From: an uncultured virus (IMG/VR IMGVR_UViG_2687453430_000003)
Taxonomy: Duplodnaviria; Heunggongvirae; Uroviricota; Caudoviricetes
DNA: 25,761 bases
Virus record (IMG/VR): IMGVR_UViG_2687453430_000003
Direction: 5' to 3' (one strand)
Shown: one piece after another, positions 16,756 to 24,721 of the stretch
Layout of the letters: every line of letters starts with the position of its first letter
How positions within the stretch are numbered: position 1 is the stretch's first letter
Notes under the pieces: model-generated
What the model was told of the DNA's origin: nothing
Seen by the model: the letters and a program-made list of their open reading frames with translations, nothing else
The model's database searches: none
Program-made: the position numbers and the translations under genes

Positions 16756-16906
16756 AATGTTTTGGGATTGGATGAATGCGCAGACTGATGCGCAGTGGGA
16801 CGTGGCTGACTCACGAGGATGGCTCAAGCGAATAAGCAAGCTCGACGCCGCCGAATAAGCGCCTTATGCCGGAGATCAGTGCCGGTCATCCAATCACCAA
16901 AACATT
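16756..16906 (+). ncRNA. Structured RNA with kissing loops (possibly sRNA-Xcc1-like)
   Basis: About 20-bp closing stem. Hairpins carry complementary ACTGAT and ATCAGT. The family label is from recollection only. Confidence 0.6.
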
Positions 16907-16943
16907 TCTCCCGCATCTGCGGGTAACGACAGAGGGTGAAGGT

Positions 16944-17549
16944 ATGGGCACACGACATCTTACATGCGTTGTTAAAGACGGTGACTACAAGGTCGCTCAG
17001 TACGGTCAATGGGATGGTTATCCATCAGGACAGGGGGTGGATATTCTTTCGTTTCTACGAGAGAAACTTAATCGTGAAATATTCCTGGTAAATCTTGCGC
17101 AGACATTTGAGCCAACTGACGAGCAGATCAAAGAGTGGTGGCTTGAGGTTGGTCACGACATTGATAAAAGCGATGGCTGGGTAGGATGTGACATTTCAAG
17201 AAAGTACGGTGAAAAACATCCTTCGCTTCATCGGGATACTGGCGGTGATATTTTGGATCTTATCCAAAATGCTAGCAGCCCTGTTCCAATAAGTAAAAAC
17301 TTGGATTTCGCGGCCGATTCATTGTTTTGCGAATGGGCATATGTGATTGATTTCGATAAAAACACATTCGAAGTGTTCCAAGGTTTCAATCAGTTGCCAC
17401 TCGAACAATGTGAGCGTTTTCACTTCCTTTCGGAAAAATGCAGCAATAACTATCAACCCGTAAGGCATTCGAAAACATATCAGTTATGCGAATTACCTGA
17501 TGAAGAAAAATTCTTGGCTGATTTAGAGCCAGGAGAGGAAGAAGAATAG
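16944..17549 (+). CDS. Hypothetical protein (201 aa, MGTRH...QWDGYP motif)
   Basis: ATG after GAGGGTGAAGG. AT-richer than its neighbours. Followed directly by a terminator. Confidence 0.85.
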   Translation: MGTRHLTCVVKDGDYKVAQYGQWDGYPSGQGVDILSFLREKLNREIFLVNLAQTFEPTDEQIKEWWLEVGHDIDKSDGWVGCDISRKYGEKHPSLHRDTGGDILDLIQNASSPVPISKNLDFAADSLFCEWAYVIDFDKNTFEVFQGFNQLPLEQCERFHFLSEKCSNNYQPVRHSKTYQLCELPDEEKFLADLEPGEEEE

Positions 17550-17570
17550 ACCCGCTACGGCGGGTTTTTT
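17550..17570 (+). terminator. tL1-like terminator
   Basis: ACCCGC-TACG-GCGGGT followed by T5. Confidence 0.88.
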
Positions 17571-17694
17571 ATCGGCCATACATAGGCAGATTTTCGAGTC
17601 TGCCCATTTATGACAACCGGCGGCCATCCACCGCCAGATATTGCGCAACCCCATTATTAACGTTCCGTTCGCCGCGATAAGGCCAAGAGGATTT

Positions 17695-17943
17695 ATGAGC
17701 AACCCAATCACAGTAGGTTTTTCAGGCCTGACTAAGCGCATTTTTGCTGGTCTGTCTAAGCCAGGGAAATTGGTGCCCGGCGTTCGTCAGTTCATTGGCG
17801 AGAAGTTTGATGTGACAGACGAGGCTATTTTCGCTGTAGCACACCTGATGGTTGCTCGCGATGACATCATCGTTATACCTCTGCCGAATGGCGACGAGAT
17901 TCACCTCCGCGCCGATATCAAAGAAAAGCGGGTGGCATCATGA
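17695..17943 (+). CDS. Hypothetical protein (82 aa)
   Basis: MSNPITVGFSGLTKRIFAG. AGAGGA RBS. ATGA overlap with the next gene. Confidence 0.75.
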   Translation: MSNPITVGFSGLTKRIFAGLSKPGKLVPGVRQFIGEKFDVTDEAIFAVAHLMVARDDIIVIPLPNGDEIHLRADIKEKRVAS

Positions 17944-18098
17944 CCGTCACCCACAACGGCAAGCAGTACACCGCCAAAAAGCTTAACGATAACGAGTGGC
18001 AGCAGACGTCGGTATCTAACCCGCGTGAAAAGCTGACGCTGAACTGCTGGCAGATGCATATCGCTGGCCTCCTGGAACAGGTTGAGGTGAAGGCATGA
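17940..18098 (+). CDS. Hypothetical protein (52 aa)
   Basis: Manually translated MTVTHNGKQYTAKKLNDNEWQQTSVSNPREKLTLNCWQMHIAGLLEQVEVKA. ATGA overlaps at both ends. Confidence 0.7.
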   Translation: MTVTHNGKQYTAKKLNDNEWQQTSVSNPREKLTLNCWQMHIAGLLEQVEVKA

Positions 18099-18298
18099 TG
18101 CACCATTACGGAGTGTTTGAAGTTAACCGCGGCGCCGTTCAGCCTGGAATGCTGGTAAAGCACAAAGACGGAATGTGGACCGCATCAGCAAATGCCCGCG
18201 GCAAACTCTACCTTCACCGCGGCTGTGAGCGCACATATACCAAAGAGCTGCTTGTTGAGGTTTACCTCGACGGTCGCGGTCACGGACTTAGTCACTAA
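18095..18298 (+). CDS. KilR-like cell division inhibitor
   Basis: HHYG..R..V.PG..V.H...ASAN..KLY pattern resembles Rac KilR. Kil position upstream of gam. Confidence 0.65.
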   Translation: MMHHYGVFEVNRGAVQPGMLVKHKDGMWTASANARGKLYLHRGCERTYTKELLVEVYLDGRGHGLSH

Positions 18299-18368
18299 CC
18301 ACCCTATTCAACCGATCGGCCTGGCTCAATGCGGGCGGGATCTGCACATCCAAATTTCAGGAGAAACC

Positions 18369-19307
18369 ATGAGCGAAGTAACGGACTTAGTCGTCATTGA
18401 GAAACAGAACGCAATGGCGGTATTCACCACCAAAGAGCAGCTCGACCCGCTGATTGAGGCGATTGAGAAAGAAGCGCGCAGTCTGGTACCGGATGTGACC
18501 ACCAAAAAAGGCCGTGATGCCATCGCATCAATGGCGCATAAGGTGGCCCGGTCAAAAACCTACATCGACAACGCTGGCAAAGACCTCGTTGCTGAACTCA
18601 AGGCGCTGCCGAAGCAGATCGACGAAAGCCGCCGCATTGTTCGTGAGCGCCTCGACGCGCTGAAAGATGAGGTGCGCAAACCTCTGACAGACTGGGAAGC
18701 GGAACAGGAGCGCAAAAAGGCTGAAGAGGAAGCAAGGATCAAAGCCGAGGAAGACCGCAAACAGTTCGAAGCAGACCACGAAATGGCTCTGCTGATGAAT
18801 AAGGATTTTGACCGTGAGCGGGAAGAACAACGCCGCCTTGCTGAACAGGCTCAACGTGAACGTGACGAGCAGTTGAAACGTGAAGCGGCAGAACAAGCGC
18901 TCCGCGATGCCGAAGCGAAACACCGCGCAGAACTTGAAGCGTCAGCGCGCCGGGAAGCTGAAGAGAAAGCCCGCGCCGAAGCTGCTGAGCGGAAACGCAT
19001 TGAGGATGCGCAACGCGCACAGCGTGAAGCTGAAGCAGCACGACAGCGTGCAGAGCAAGAAAAGCAGGAAGCTATTGCAGCCGAGCGCCGCCGCCAGCAA
19101 GAAGCAGAAGATGCCCGCCTGGCTGAACAGAAACGTATCGCAGATGAAACAGCGAAACGCGAAGCCGACGTTAAGCATCGCAAAGCTGTCGGAACCGAAA
19201 TCGTTAACGCCCTTCTGGCGAACACTTCCCTTACCCGCGAACAGGCTATCGAAGTGCTGACGGCGCTGAAAGATGGTCTGGTGCCACGCTCAAAAATTCA
19301 CTACTGA
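18369..19307 (+). CDS. Long coiled-coil protein of unknown function (312 aa)
   Basis: CAGGAG RBS before MSEVTDL. VPDVTTKKGRDAIASMAHKVARSKT, then an E/A/R/K-rich helical region. Confidence 0.85.
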   Translation: MSEVTDLVVIEKQNAMAVFTTKEQLDPLIEAIEKEARSLVPDVTTKKGRDAIASMAHKVARSKTYIDNAGKDLVAELKALPKQIDESRRIVRERLDALKDEVRKPLTDWEAEQERKKAEEEARIKAEEDRKQFEADHEMALLMNKDFDREREEQRRLAEQAQRERDEQLKREAAEQALRDAEAKHRAELEASARREAEEKARAEAAERKRIEDAQRAQREAEAARQRAEQEKQEAIAAERRRQQEAEDARLAEQKRIADETAKREADVKHRKAVGTEIVNALLANTSLTREQAIEVLTALKDGLVPRSKIHY

Positions 19308-19314
19308 GGTTTCT

Positions 19315-19599
19315 ATGAATGCCTATCTGACTCAGGACCGTATCGAATCGCGCCGAGCATTCGACCATCAGGCAGAAATTGAACGTGAAAAATGGGTTGA
19401 TGACCGGGCGAAAGAGATTATCGCCCTCTTCCCGGAAAACCCAACGCAACTCGTCACATTCTCAATTCCTGCAGCAAATAAACCTTACGCCGGGTTAAGC
19501 CACGATAACGCAACCGAAGCCTACAACGACTTTGTAACCGCTGTTGCTTATGCCCAGGCGGATTACGAGTGGGAACACCGCACCGGCTGCCCGTTTTAA
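19315..19599 (+). CDS. gam: Gam-like host nuclease inhibitor
   Basis: N-terminus MNAYLTQDRIE resembles lambda Gam MNAYYIQDRLE. Position directly before bet. Confidence 0.6.
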   Translation: MNAYLTQDRIESRRAFDHQAEIEREKWVDDRAKEIIALFPENPTQLVTFSIPAANKPYAGLSHDNATEAYNDFVTAVAYAQADYEWEHRTGCPF

Positions 19600-19613
19600 T
19601 TTGGGGATTAAAA

Positions 19614-20459
19614 ATGTCTAACGAAGTGACCATTACAGCGGGCGCGCTGACAGATAGGGGTATCGACTTAGCCACCTGGAGCGCGCTTAAAAACAGTATT
19701 TACCCTGGCGCAAAAGATGAATCGGTGATGATGGCGCTTGATTACTGCCGAGCCCGCCAGCTCGATCCCCTTCTTAAACCTGTCCACCTCGTACCAATGA
19801 GCGTCAAAGACTCGCGGACAGGTAAAAGCGAATGGCGCGACGTAGTCATGCCGGGAATCGGTCTTTACCGCATTCAGGCTGACCGATCCGGTGATTATGC
19901 CGGTGCGCATGAGCCGGAATTCGGCCCTGACATTACTCAAACGCTATCAGGAGTTGAAGTAACTTTCCCTCAGTGGTGCAAATACACCGTATGCAAGCGC
20001 ATGCCCAGCGGGGAGATCGTCGAGTTCAGTGCCAAAGAATACTGGTTGGAAAACTATGCAACCGGCGGACGCGATACCACAGCGCCAAATGCAATGTGGA
20101 AAAAGCGCCCTTACGGCCAGTTAGCTAAATGCGCCGAGGCGCAGGCGCTCCGTAAGGCATGGCCTGAAATTGGTCAGCAGCCAACCGCTGAGGAGATGGA
20201 AGGTAAAACTCTGGAAGTTGATATGCGCGACGTAACGCCTCGCAACGCTATGGATGCGTTACCGCCAGGGGCCAGTGATCAAACTCTCCAGGCAATCACC
20301 GATCTTTTAAGTGAACTTGGGAAAGACTGGGAAAAAGACTTCCTTCCGTTATGCAGCGGCATCTTCAAGCGCGAGATTCTCGAAGCATCAGATCTCACCG
20401 AAGAAGAGGCGCAGAAAGGTTTTAGTTTCCTCCAGAAAAGAGCTAAGGCGGCAGCATGA
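19614..20459 (+). CDS. bet: Recombination protein Bet (ssDNA annealing)
   Basis: [18 protein letters not shown]...[24 protein letters not shown]. Lambda-like C-terminus ([14 protein letters not shown]). Confidence 0.9.
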   Translation: MSNEVTITAGALTDRGIDLATWSALKNSIYPGAKDESVMMALDYCRARQLDPLLKPVHLVPMSVKDSRTGKSEWRDVVMPGIGLYRIQADRSGDYAGAHEPEFGPDITQTLSGVEVTFPQWCKYTVCKRMPSGEIVEFSAKEYWLENYATGGRDTTAPNAMWKKRPYGQLAKCAEAQALRKAWPEIGQQPTAEEMEGKTLEVDMRDVTPRNAMDALPPGASDQTLQAITDLLSELGKDWEKDFLPLCSGIFKREILEASDLTEEEAQKGFSFLQKRAKAAA

Positions 20460-21136
20460 CACCAGAAATCATCCTCGCCCGCACCGGTATTGACGTAACC
20501 GCCATCGAACAGGGTGATGAGGCGTGGCATAAGCTGCGCCTCGGCGTTATTACTGCCTCTGAAGTGCATAACGTCATTTCCAAACCGCGTTCAGGCACGA
20601 AATGGACGGACATGAAAATGTCCTATTTCCACACCCTGCTTGCCGAGGTATGTACCGGCGTAGCACCGGAAGTTAACGCCAAGCCGCTGGCATGGGGTAA
20701 GCAGTACGAAGAGGACGCGCGCACGCTCTTCGAATTCACTACTGGCGTTACCGTTACAGAGTCGACGATCCTCTTCCGCGATGAAACCATGCGTACAGCT
20801 TGCTCACCTGATGGCCTGTGCAGCAACGATTTCGGCCTTGAGCTGAAATGCCCGTTCACTTCCCGCGACTTCATGAAGTTCCGCCTGGGTGGCTTTGAGG
20901 CTATCAAACCAGCCTATATGGCGCAGGTTCAGTACAGCATGTGGGTTACCGGAAAAAACGCATGGTTCTTTGCCAACTACGACCCACGCATGAAGCGCGA
21001 AGGCATTCATCACGTTGTCGTCGAGCGTGATCCGAAATTCATGGCCGATTTCGACGAGATGGTACCGGAGTTCATCGAAAAGATGGATGAAGCGCTGTCG
21101 GAGATCGGCTTCACGTTCGGGGAGCAGTGGAAATGA
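20456..21136 (+). CDS. exo: Lambda exonuclease
   Basis: 226 aa. [27 protein letters not shown]...ACSPDGLC...LELKCPF. Very close to lambda Exo. Confidence 0.96.
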   Translation: MTPEIILARTGIDVTAIEQGDEAWHKLRLGVITASEVHNVISKPRSGTKWTDMKMSYFHTLLAEVCTGVAPEVNAKPLAWGKQYEEDARTLFEFTTGVTVTESTILFRDETMRTACSPDGLCSNDFGLELKCPFTSRDFMKFRLGGFEAIKPAYMAQVQYSMWVTGKNAWFFANYDPRMKREGIHHVVVERDPKFMADFDEMVPEFIEKMDEALSEIGFTFGEQWK

Positions 21137-21564
21137 AGCGCATGCCCTTCTATCGCCGTCCCGGTAAACAGGGAAAGTTTGCCGGGCTTAAAGAGCGCGT
21201 CATCTGGATGATAAACAAGCGTGGCCGCCCGGTCACCGGCACGGAAATCGCTGAGGCGTTTGGCGTCACGCTTGCTGAATTTAACCTTGTCGCCAGAACC
21301 ATCACCCGCGGCTCTGGCCTTGTTGCAAAAATCGTCGCTTCCGAAAAATGGATTACCGAATCAGGCCATGTCGATCGCCACTTCGCGCTCGTTGAGCCTG
21401 CCAGGGTAGTCCTGCCAAAGAACAGCAAAACACGCCTTTTCACCCGTAAATCTGTTGCTTACTCCAGCAAACAGATGCGGCAGCAATGCATCGAAAAGGC
21501 CGCGCGTCGTAAGCGACTCATCGCAGCAGGTTTGTATATAGACGAATTTGAGGCGGTTCTATGA
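21133..21564 (+). CDS. Hypothetical HTH-containing protein
   Basis: ATGA overlap with exo. [17 protein letters not shown]-like segment. Confidence 0.75.
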   Translation: MKRMPFYRRPGKQGKFAGLKERVIWMINKRGRPVTGTEIAEAFGVTLAEFNLVARTITRGSGLVAKIVASEKWITESGHVDRHFALVEPARVVLPKNSKTRLFTRKSVAYSSKQMRQQCIEKAARRKRLIAAGLYIDEFEAVL

Positions 21565-21725
21565 ACTAATGGAGTACCGAAGAACTGGCGCTATTGTGGC
21601 GTCACAACAACGCCAAAGTAGCTGAGCTGACCGGGAGCAGCATTGAGGAAGTTGCAGCGCGCCGGTTGCAGGCCAACTACGAGCGCAACAACTGGCATGA
21701 ATTCGACCCGGAGCGTGACTCATGA
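21561..21725 (+). pseudogene. Small gene interrupted by a stop at codon 3
   Basis: ATG AAC TAA TGG..., then open to TGA at 21725 (WSTEELALLWRHNNAKVAELTGSSIEEVAARR...). ATGA overlaps at both ends and GAGG RBS. Confidence 0.7.
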
Positions 21726-22204
21726 GCGAAATTAGCATCCTTGATATGTGCTGTGGCAGCCGGATGTTCTGGTTCGATAAACAGGATGACCGTGCCGTGT
21801 TCAGCGACATCCGCGCCGAGCAGCACACACTATGTGACGGACGTAGCCTCATTATCAGCCCGGATGTGATCGCTGACTTCCGTGCGCTGCCGTTCGCTGA
21901 TTCATCTTTCCCTGTTGTTGTGTTCGATCCGCCACACCTTGAGCGAGTCGGTGATAACGCCTGGATGGGTAAAAAATACGGGCGCCTGAACAAAGACACC
22001 TGGCGAGATGATCTGCGCGCCGGTTTCAAAGAGGCTTTCCGCGTGCTGTGGCCACACGGCGTACTCGTTTTCAAATGGAACGAAACGCAAATCCCGGTGA
22101 GCCAGATTCTGGCACTGACCGACCAGAAGCCAGCCATCTGGCAGCGCACCGGCAAAGCCGACAAAACGCACTGGATAATCTTCGTTAAAGGCGGTGAAGA
22201 ATGA
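21722..22204 (+). CDS. Small class I SAM-dependent methyltransferase
   Basis: ILDMCCGSRMFW (motif I), VVVFDPPH (motif IV), EAFRVL.PHGVLVFKW. Confidence 0.88.
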   Translation: MSEISILDMCCGSRMFWFDKQDDRAVFSDIRAEQHTLCDGRSLIISPDVIADFRALPFADSSFPVVVFDPPHLERVGDNAWMGKKYGRLNKDTWRDDLRAGFKEAFRVLWPHGVLVFKWNETQIPVSQILALTDQKPAIWQRTGKADKTHWIIFVKGGEE

Positions 22205-22866
22205 CCGGAAAATACTCCCTCATCTACGCCGATCCGCCATGGAGCTATGGCAACAACGCCAGCAACGGAGCCGCGCGCGACCACTACGACACGATGAAGC
22301 TGATCGACCTTAAACGCCTTCCGGTGTGGGAATTAGCTGCCGAAAACGCGGTGCTGGCGATGTGGTACACCGGCACGCATAACCAGGAGGCTATCGAACT
22401 GGCCGAGGCGTGGGGATTTACCGTGCGCACCATGAAAGGCTTTACGTGGGTGAAGCTGAATCAACTGGCTGAGCAGCGCATAAGCAAAGCCCTGGCCGAA
22501 GGTGATATTGCCGACTTTTATGACTTTCTCGATCTGCTCAACGCCGAAACCCGAATGAATGGCGGCAACCATACCCGGGCCAATACCGAAGACGTTCTGA
22601 TCGCCACCTGCGGCACTGGGCTTGAGCGCCTGAATGCCGGAATAAAACAGGTGGTATACAGCCCGCTTGGTGAGCACAGCGAAAAGCCATGGGAGGTGCG
22701 CCATCGTCTTGAACTGCTTTACGGCAATGTACCTCGCATTGAGCTATTCAGCCGTAGCGCTGCGCCAGGCTGGCATCACTGGGGTAATCAAGCAGAGTCG
22801 CCGGATGTCGAGATATTTCCCGGCAATGTTCAGCCCATCTTCAAAGACGGATGGAGGGCAGCTTAA
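22201..22866 (+). CDS. MT-A70 family N6-adenine methyltransferase
   Basis: LIYADPPW, HYDTM, HSEKP, RIELFSR, GWHHWGNQ. Confidence 0.92.
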   Translation: MTGKYSLIYADPPWSYGNNASNGAARDHYDTMKLIDLKRLPVWELAAENAVLAMWYTGTHNQEAIELAEAWGFTVRTMKGFTWVKLNQLAEQRISKALAEGDIADFYDFLDLLNAETRMNGGNHTRANTEDVLIATCGTGLERLNAGIKQVVYSPLGEHSEKPWEVRHRLELLYGNVPRIELFSRSAAPGWHHWGNQAESPDVEIFPGNVQPIFKDGWRAA

Positions 22867-23090
22867 TGCGAACGACACCAGAAATCGAAAACGCCATCCG
22901 CGCGCAGGGCCGGAAATGCGTCGACGAAATCCGCCAGGCCATGAAAGCCAGGCCAAAGCCGAAATGGAATGAAGCGGTGCCGCCGATCCTCAAAAAGCAC
23001 CACAAAAAAATAGAGCCGATGGGCGTCAGCCTTGTGGCTTTCGTTAGCAGCATAGGGCGCATGAATGGGCGCTATGGAGTGGAATCGTGA
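22866..23090 (+). CDS. Hypothetical protein (74 aa)
   Basis: TAATG overlap with the previous gene. GGAGG RBS. Confidence 0.72.
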   Translation: MRTTPEIENAIRAQGRKCVDEIRQAMKARPKPKWNEAVPPILKKHHKKIEPMGVSLVAFVSSIGRMNGRYGVES

Positions 23091-23692
23091 AAGAACGCGG
23101 AATGATTTTTAACGCTGAGATGGTTCGCGCCATTCTCGACGGACGGAAGACGCAGACGCGGCGGATCGTAAAATCCGACTGTATGGATATTGGTGAAAAG
23201 GATGATGGTACGCTTTGGCCGTGGCGAGAACACGATAACGGCGGCGACTACTGGTATCCGTGCCCGTTCGGCGCAGTCGGCGATCGTATTTGGGTGCGCG
23301 AGACGTTTGCAACGCTTGAGCCTGGGAGTTACGAGCCTGTTAAGCCGCAGCATGGATATTGCCAAGATCTGCGCTACGCAGCTACTGACCGCCTTGCGAA
23401 ATCTGGCAGCGATATTCGCGGCTATAAATGGATTCCGTCGCTGCACATGCCGCGCTGGGCCAGCCGCATCACGCTGGAGATTACCGGCGTGCGGGTTGAG
23501 CGTATCGCCAGTATCAGCACTGAGTCAGCACGCGCAGAAGGTTACCCAGCCGAACGCGCAGCAGATGGCGGCGTTATCGATCCGTGGCTGTGGTTCCGCG
23601 ATTTGTGGGATGGAATTTACCCTGAACAATCATTCAAGGCCAACCCGTGGGTTTGGGTGATCGAATTCAAGCGCGTTGAAGGCGGTGCATGA
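23087..23692 (+). CDS. ASCH/PUA-like domain protein
   Basis: MIFNAEMVRAILDGRKTQTRR...CPFG.VGDRIWVRET...PSLHMPRWASRITLEIT.VRVER...ARAEG...NPWVWVIEF. Confidence 0.8.
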   Translation: MKERGMIFNAEMVRAILDGRKTQTRRIVKSDCMDIGEKDDGTLWPWREHDNGGDYWYPCPFGAVGDRIWVRETFATLEPGSYEPVKPQHGYCQDLRYAATDRLAKSGSDIRGYKWIPSLHMPRWASRITLEITGVRVERIASISTESARAEGYPAERAADGGVIDPWLWFRDLWDGIYPEQSFKANPWVWVIEFKRVEGGA

Positions 23693-23913
23693 TGCCATCA
23701 GAAATCATCGATCAGGCCAACGAACTGGCGCAGCAGCGTCTCGATCAAGCCATTCAGGCGCACCGTATCAACCGTAACGCGGTATCTGCTGAGTATTGCG
23801 AGGAGTGCGGCGATCCGATACCGGAAGCGCGCCGCATTGCCGTTCCCGGCTGCCAGACGTGCGCAGAGTGCCAGGGAATTATCGAACTGAAGCGTAAACA
23901 AAGGGGGATGTGA
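23689..23913 (+). CDS. TraR/DksA C4 zinc-finger protein
   Basis: EIIDQANE, CEECGDPIPEARR..PGCQTCAECQ. Confidence 0.92.
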   Translation: MMPSEIIDQANELAQQRLDQAIQAHRINRNAVSAEYCEECGDPIPEARRIAVPGCQTCAECQGIIELKRKQRGM

Positions 23914-23915
23914 AA

Positions 23916-24257
23916 ATGATAGGGAGACTCAAGCCCGTTCCCAAAGAACGCTGGCCCATTAATTTACATGACCCTAGACGTATCCGGGTATGGAGTAACG
24001 CTTATTTTCTGGTTCAGGAATTTCAGGAAGAGGACGGGGTAATTCGTCTATCGATTAATACCACCAGCACTGGATCACAGGGGCGCTGGAAAGACGGAAT
24101 TACATGGGATGCATTGCAGGACATAAAAAACGCCTGTGGCTATGCAGACCGAGACGCCGTTGAAATTTACCCGAGCGCTAACGATGTTGTAAACGTAGCG
24201 AATATGCGACACCTCTGGATAGTTAAAGACCCCATTCCTTTTGCCTGGCGCCGATAG
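23916..24257 (+). CDS. Hypothetical protein (113 aa)
   Basis: ITWDALQDIK..CGY.D.DAVEIYP...VVNVANMRHLW, a common phage domain of unknown function. Confidence 0.78.
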   Translation: MIGRLKPVPKERWPINLHDPRRIRVWSNAYFLVQEFQEEDGVIRLSINTTSTGSQGRWKDGITWDALQDIKNACGYADRDAVEIYPSANDVVNVANMRHLWIVKDPIPFAWRR

Positions 24258-24334
24258 CAGCTTACAGGCGATTCACTGAGTCGCCTGTTGGGTGCTGAGC
24301 ACTGATAAGACCTATCTATCATCCCTTGATGTTT

Positions 24335-24358
24335 GCCGCCTGCGGGCGGCTTCTTTTT
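24335..24358 (+). terminator. Terminator-like hairpin upstream of xis
   Basis: GCCGCC-TGCG-GGCGGC followed by TTCTTTTT. A second hairpin ACAGGCGATTC/GAGTCGCCTGT at 24264-24288. Confidence 0.65.
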
Positions 24359-24373
24359 GCCTGGAGTAAACCA

Positions 24374-24721
24374 ATGGAAGAAAAAATCTTCACCCGCGAT
24401 GAGGCGGCGGACTTCCTGCGGGTAAGTGAGGGAACCGTCGCTGAGTGGATTAAATCCGGAAGACTGGTCGCCACCCGCAAAAATCCCGAAAAAAAGAAAA
24501 GCCCTTATCTGATCTGCAAAAGTGACTGTATTGCAGCATTGAAAAACCCGATCCACAATCAGCCGGTGGATGCGGTTGATGTGCAGGAGGATAAAGCATG
24601 TCAATCAAACAGCGTGCCGGTACGTGGCACTGCGACTTCGTTACGCCTGGTGGAGTCCGAATTAGACGGTCTCTTGGCACAGCGGACAAAAGGCAAGCAC
24701 AGGAACTCCATGACAAGTTAA
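24374..24721 (+). CDS. xis: Excisionase (P22 Xis-like)
   Basis: [40 protein letters not shown]. Overlaps int by 124 nt as in P22-type modules. Confidence 0.85.
   Translation: MEEKIFTRDEAADFLRVSEGTVAEWIKSGRLVATRKNPEKKKSPYLICKSDCIAALKNPIHNQPVDAVDVQEDKACQSNSVPVRGTATSLRLVESELDGLLAQRTKGKHRNSMTS

Noticed and set aside
18369..19307. TolA-like envelope protein
   Set aside because: The similarity would be only low-complexity E/A/K/R composition. No TM anchor.
21559..22284. 241-aa minus-strand ORF and the other long antisense ORFs (e.g. 1976..2632, 11031..11669, 14699..15217, 24450..25031)
   Set aside because: Shadow frames opposite well-supported genes, without RBS or recognisable motifs.
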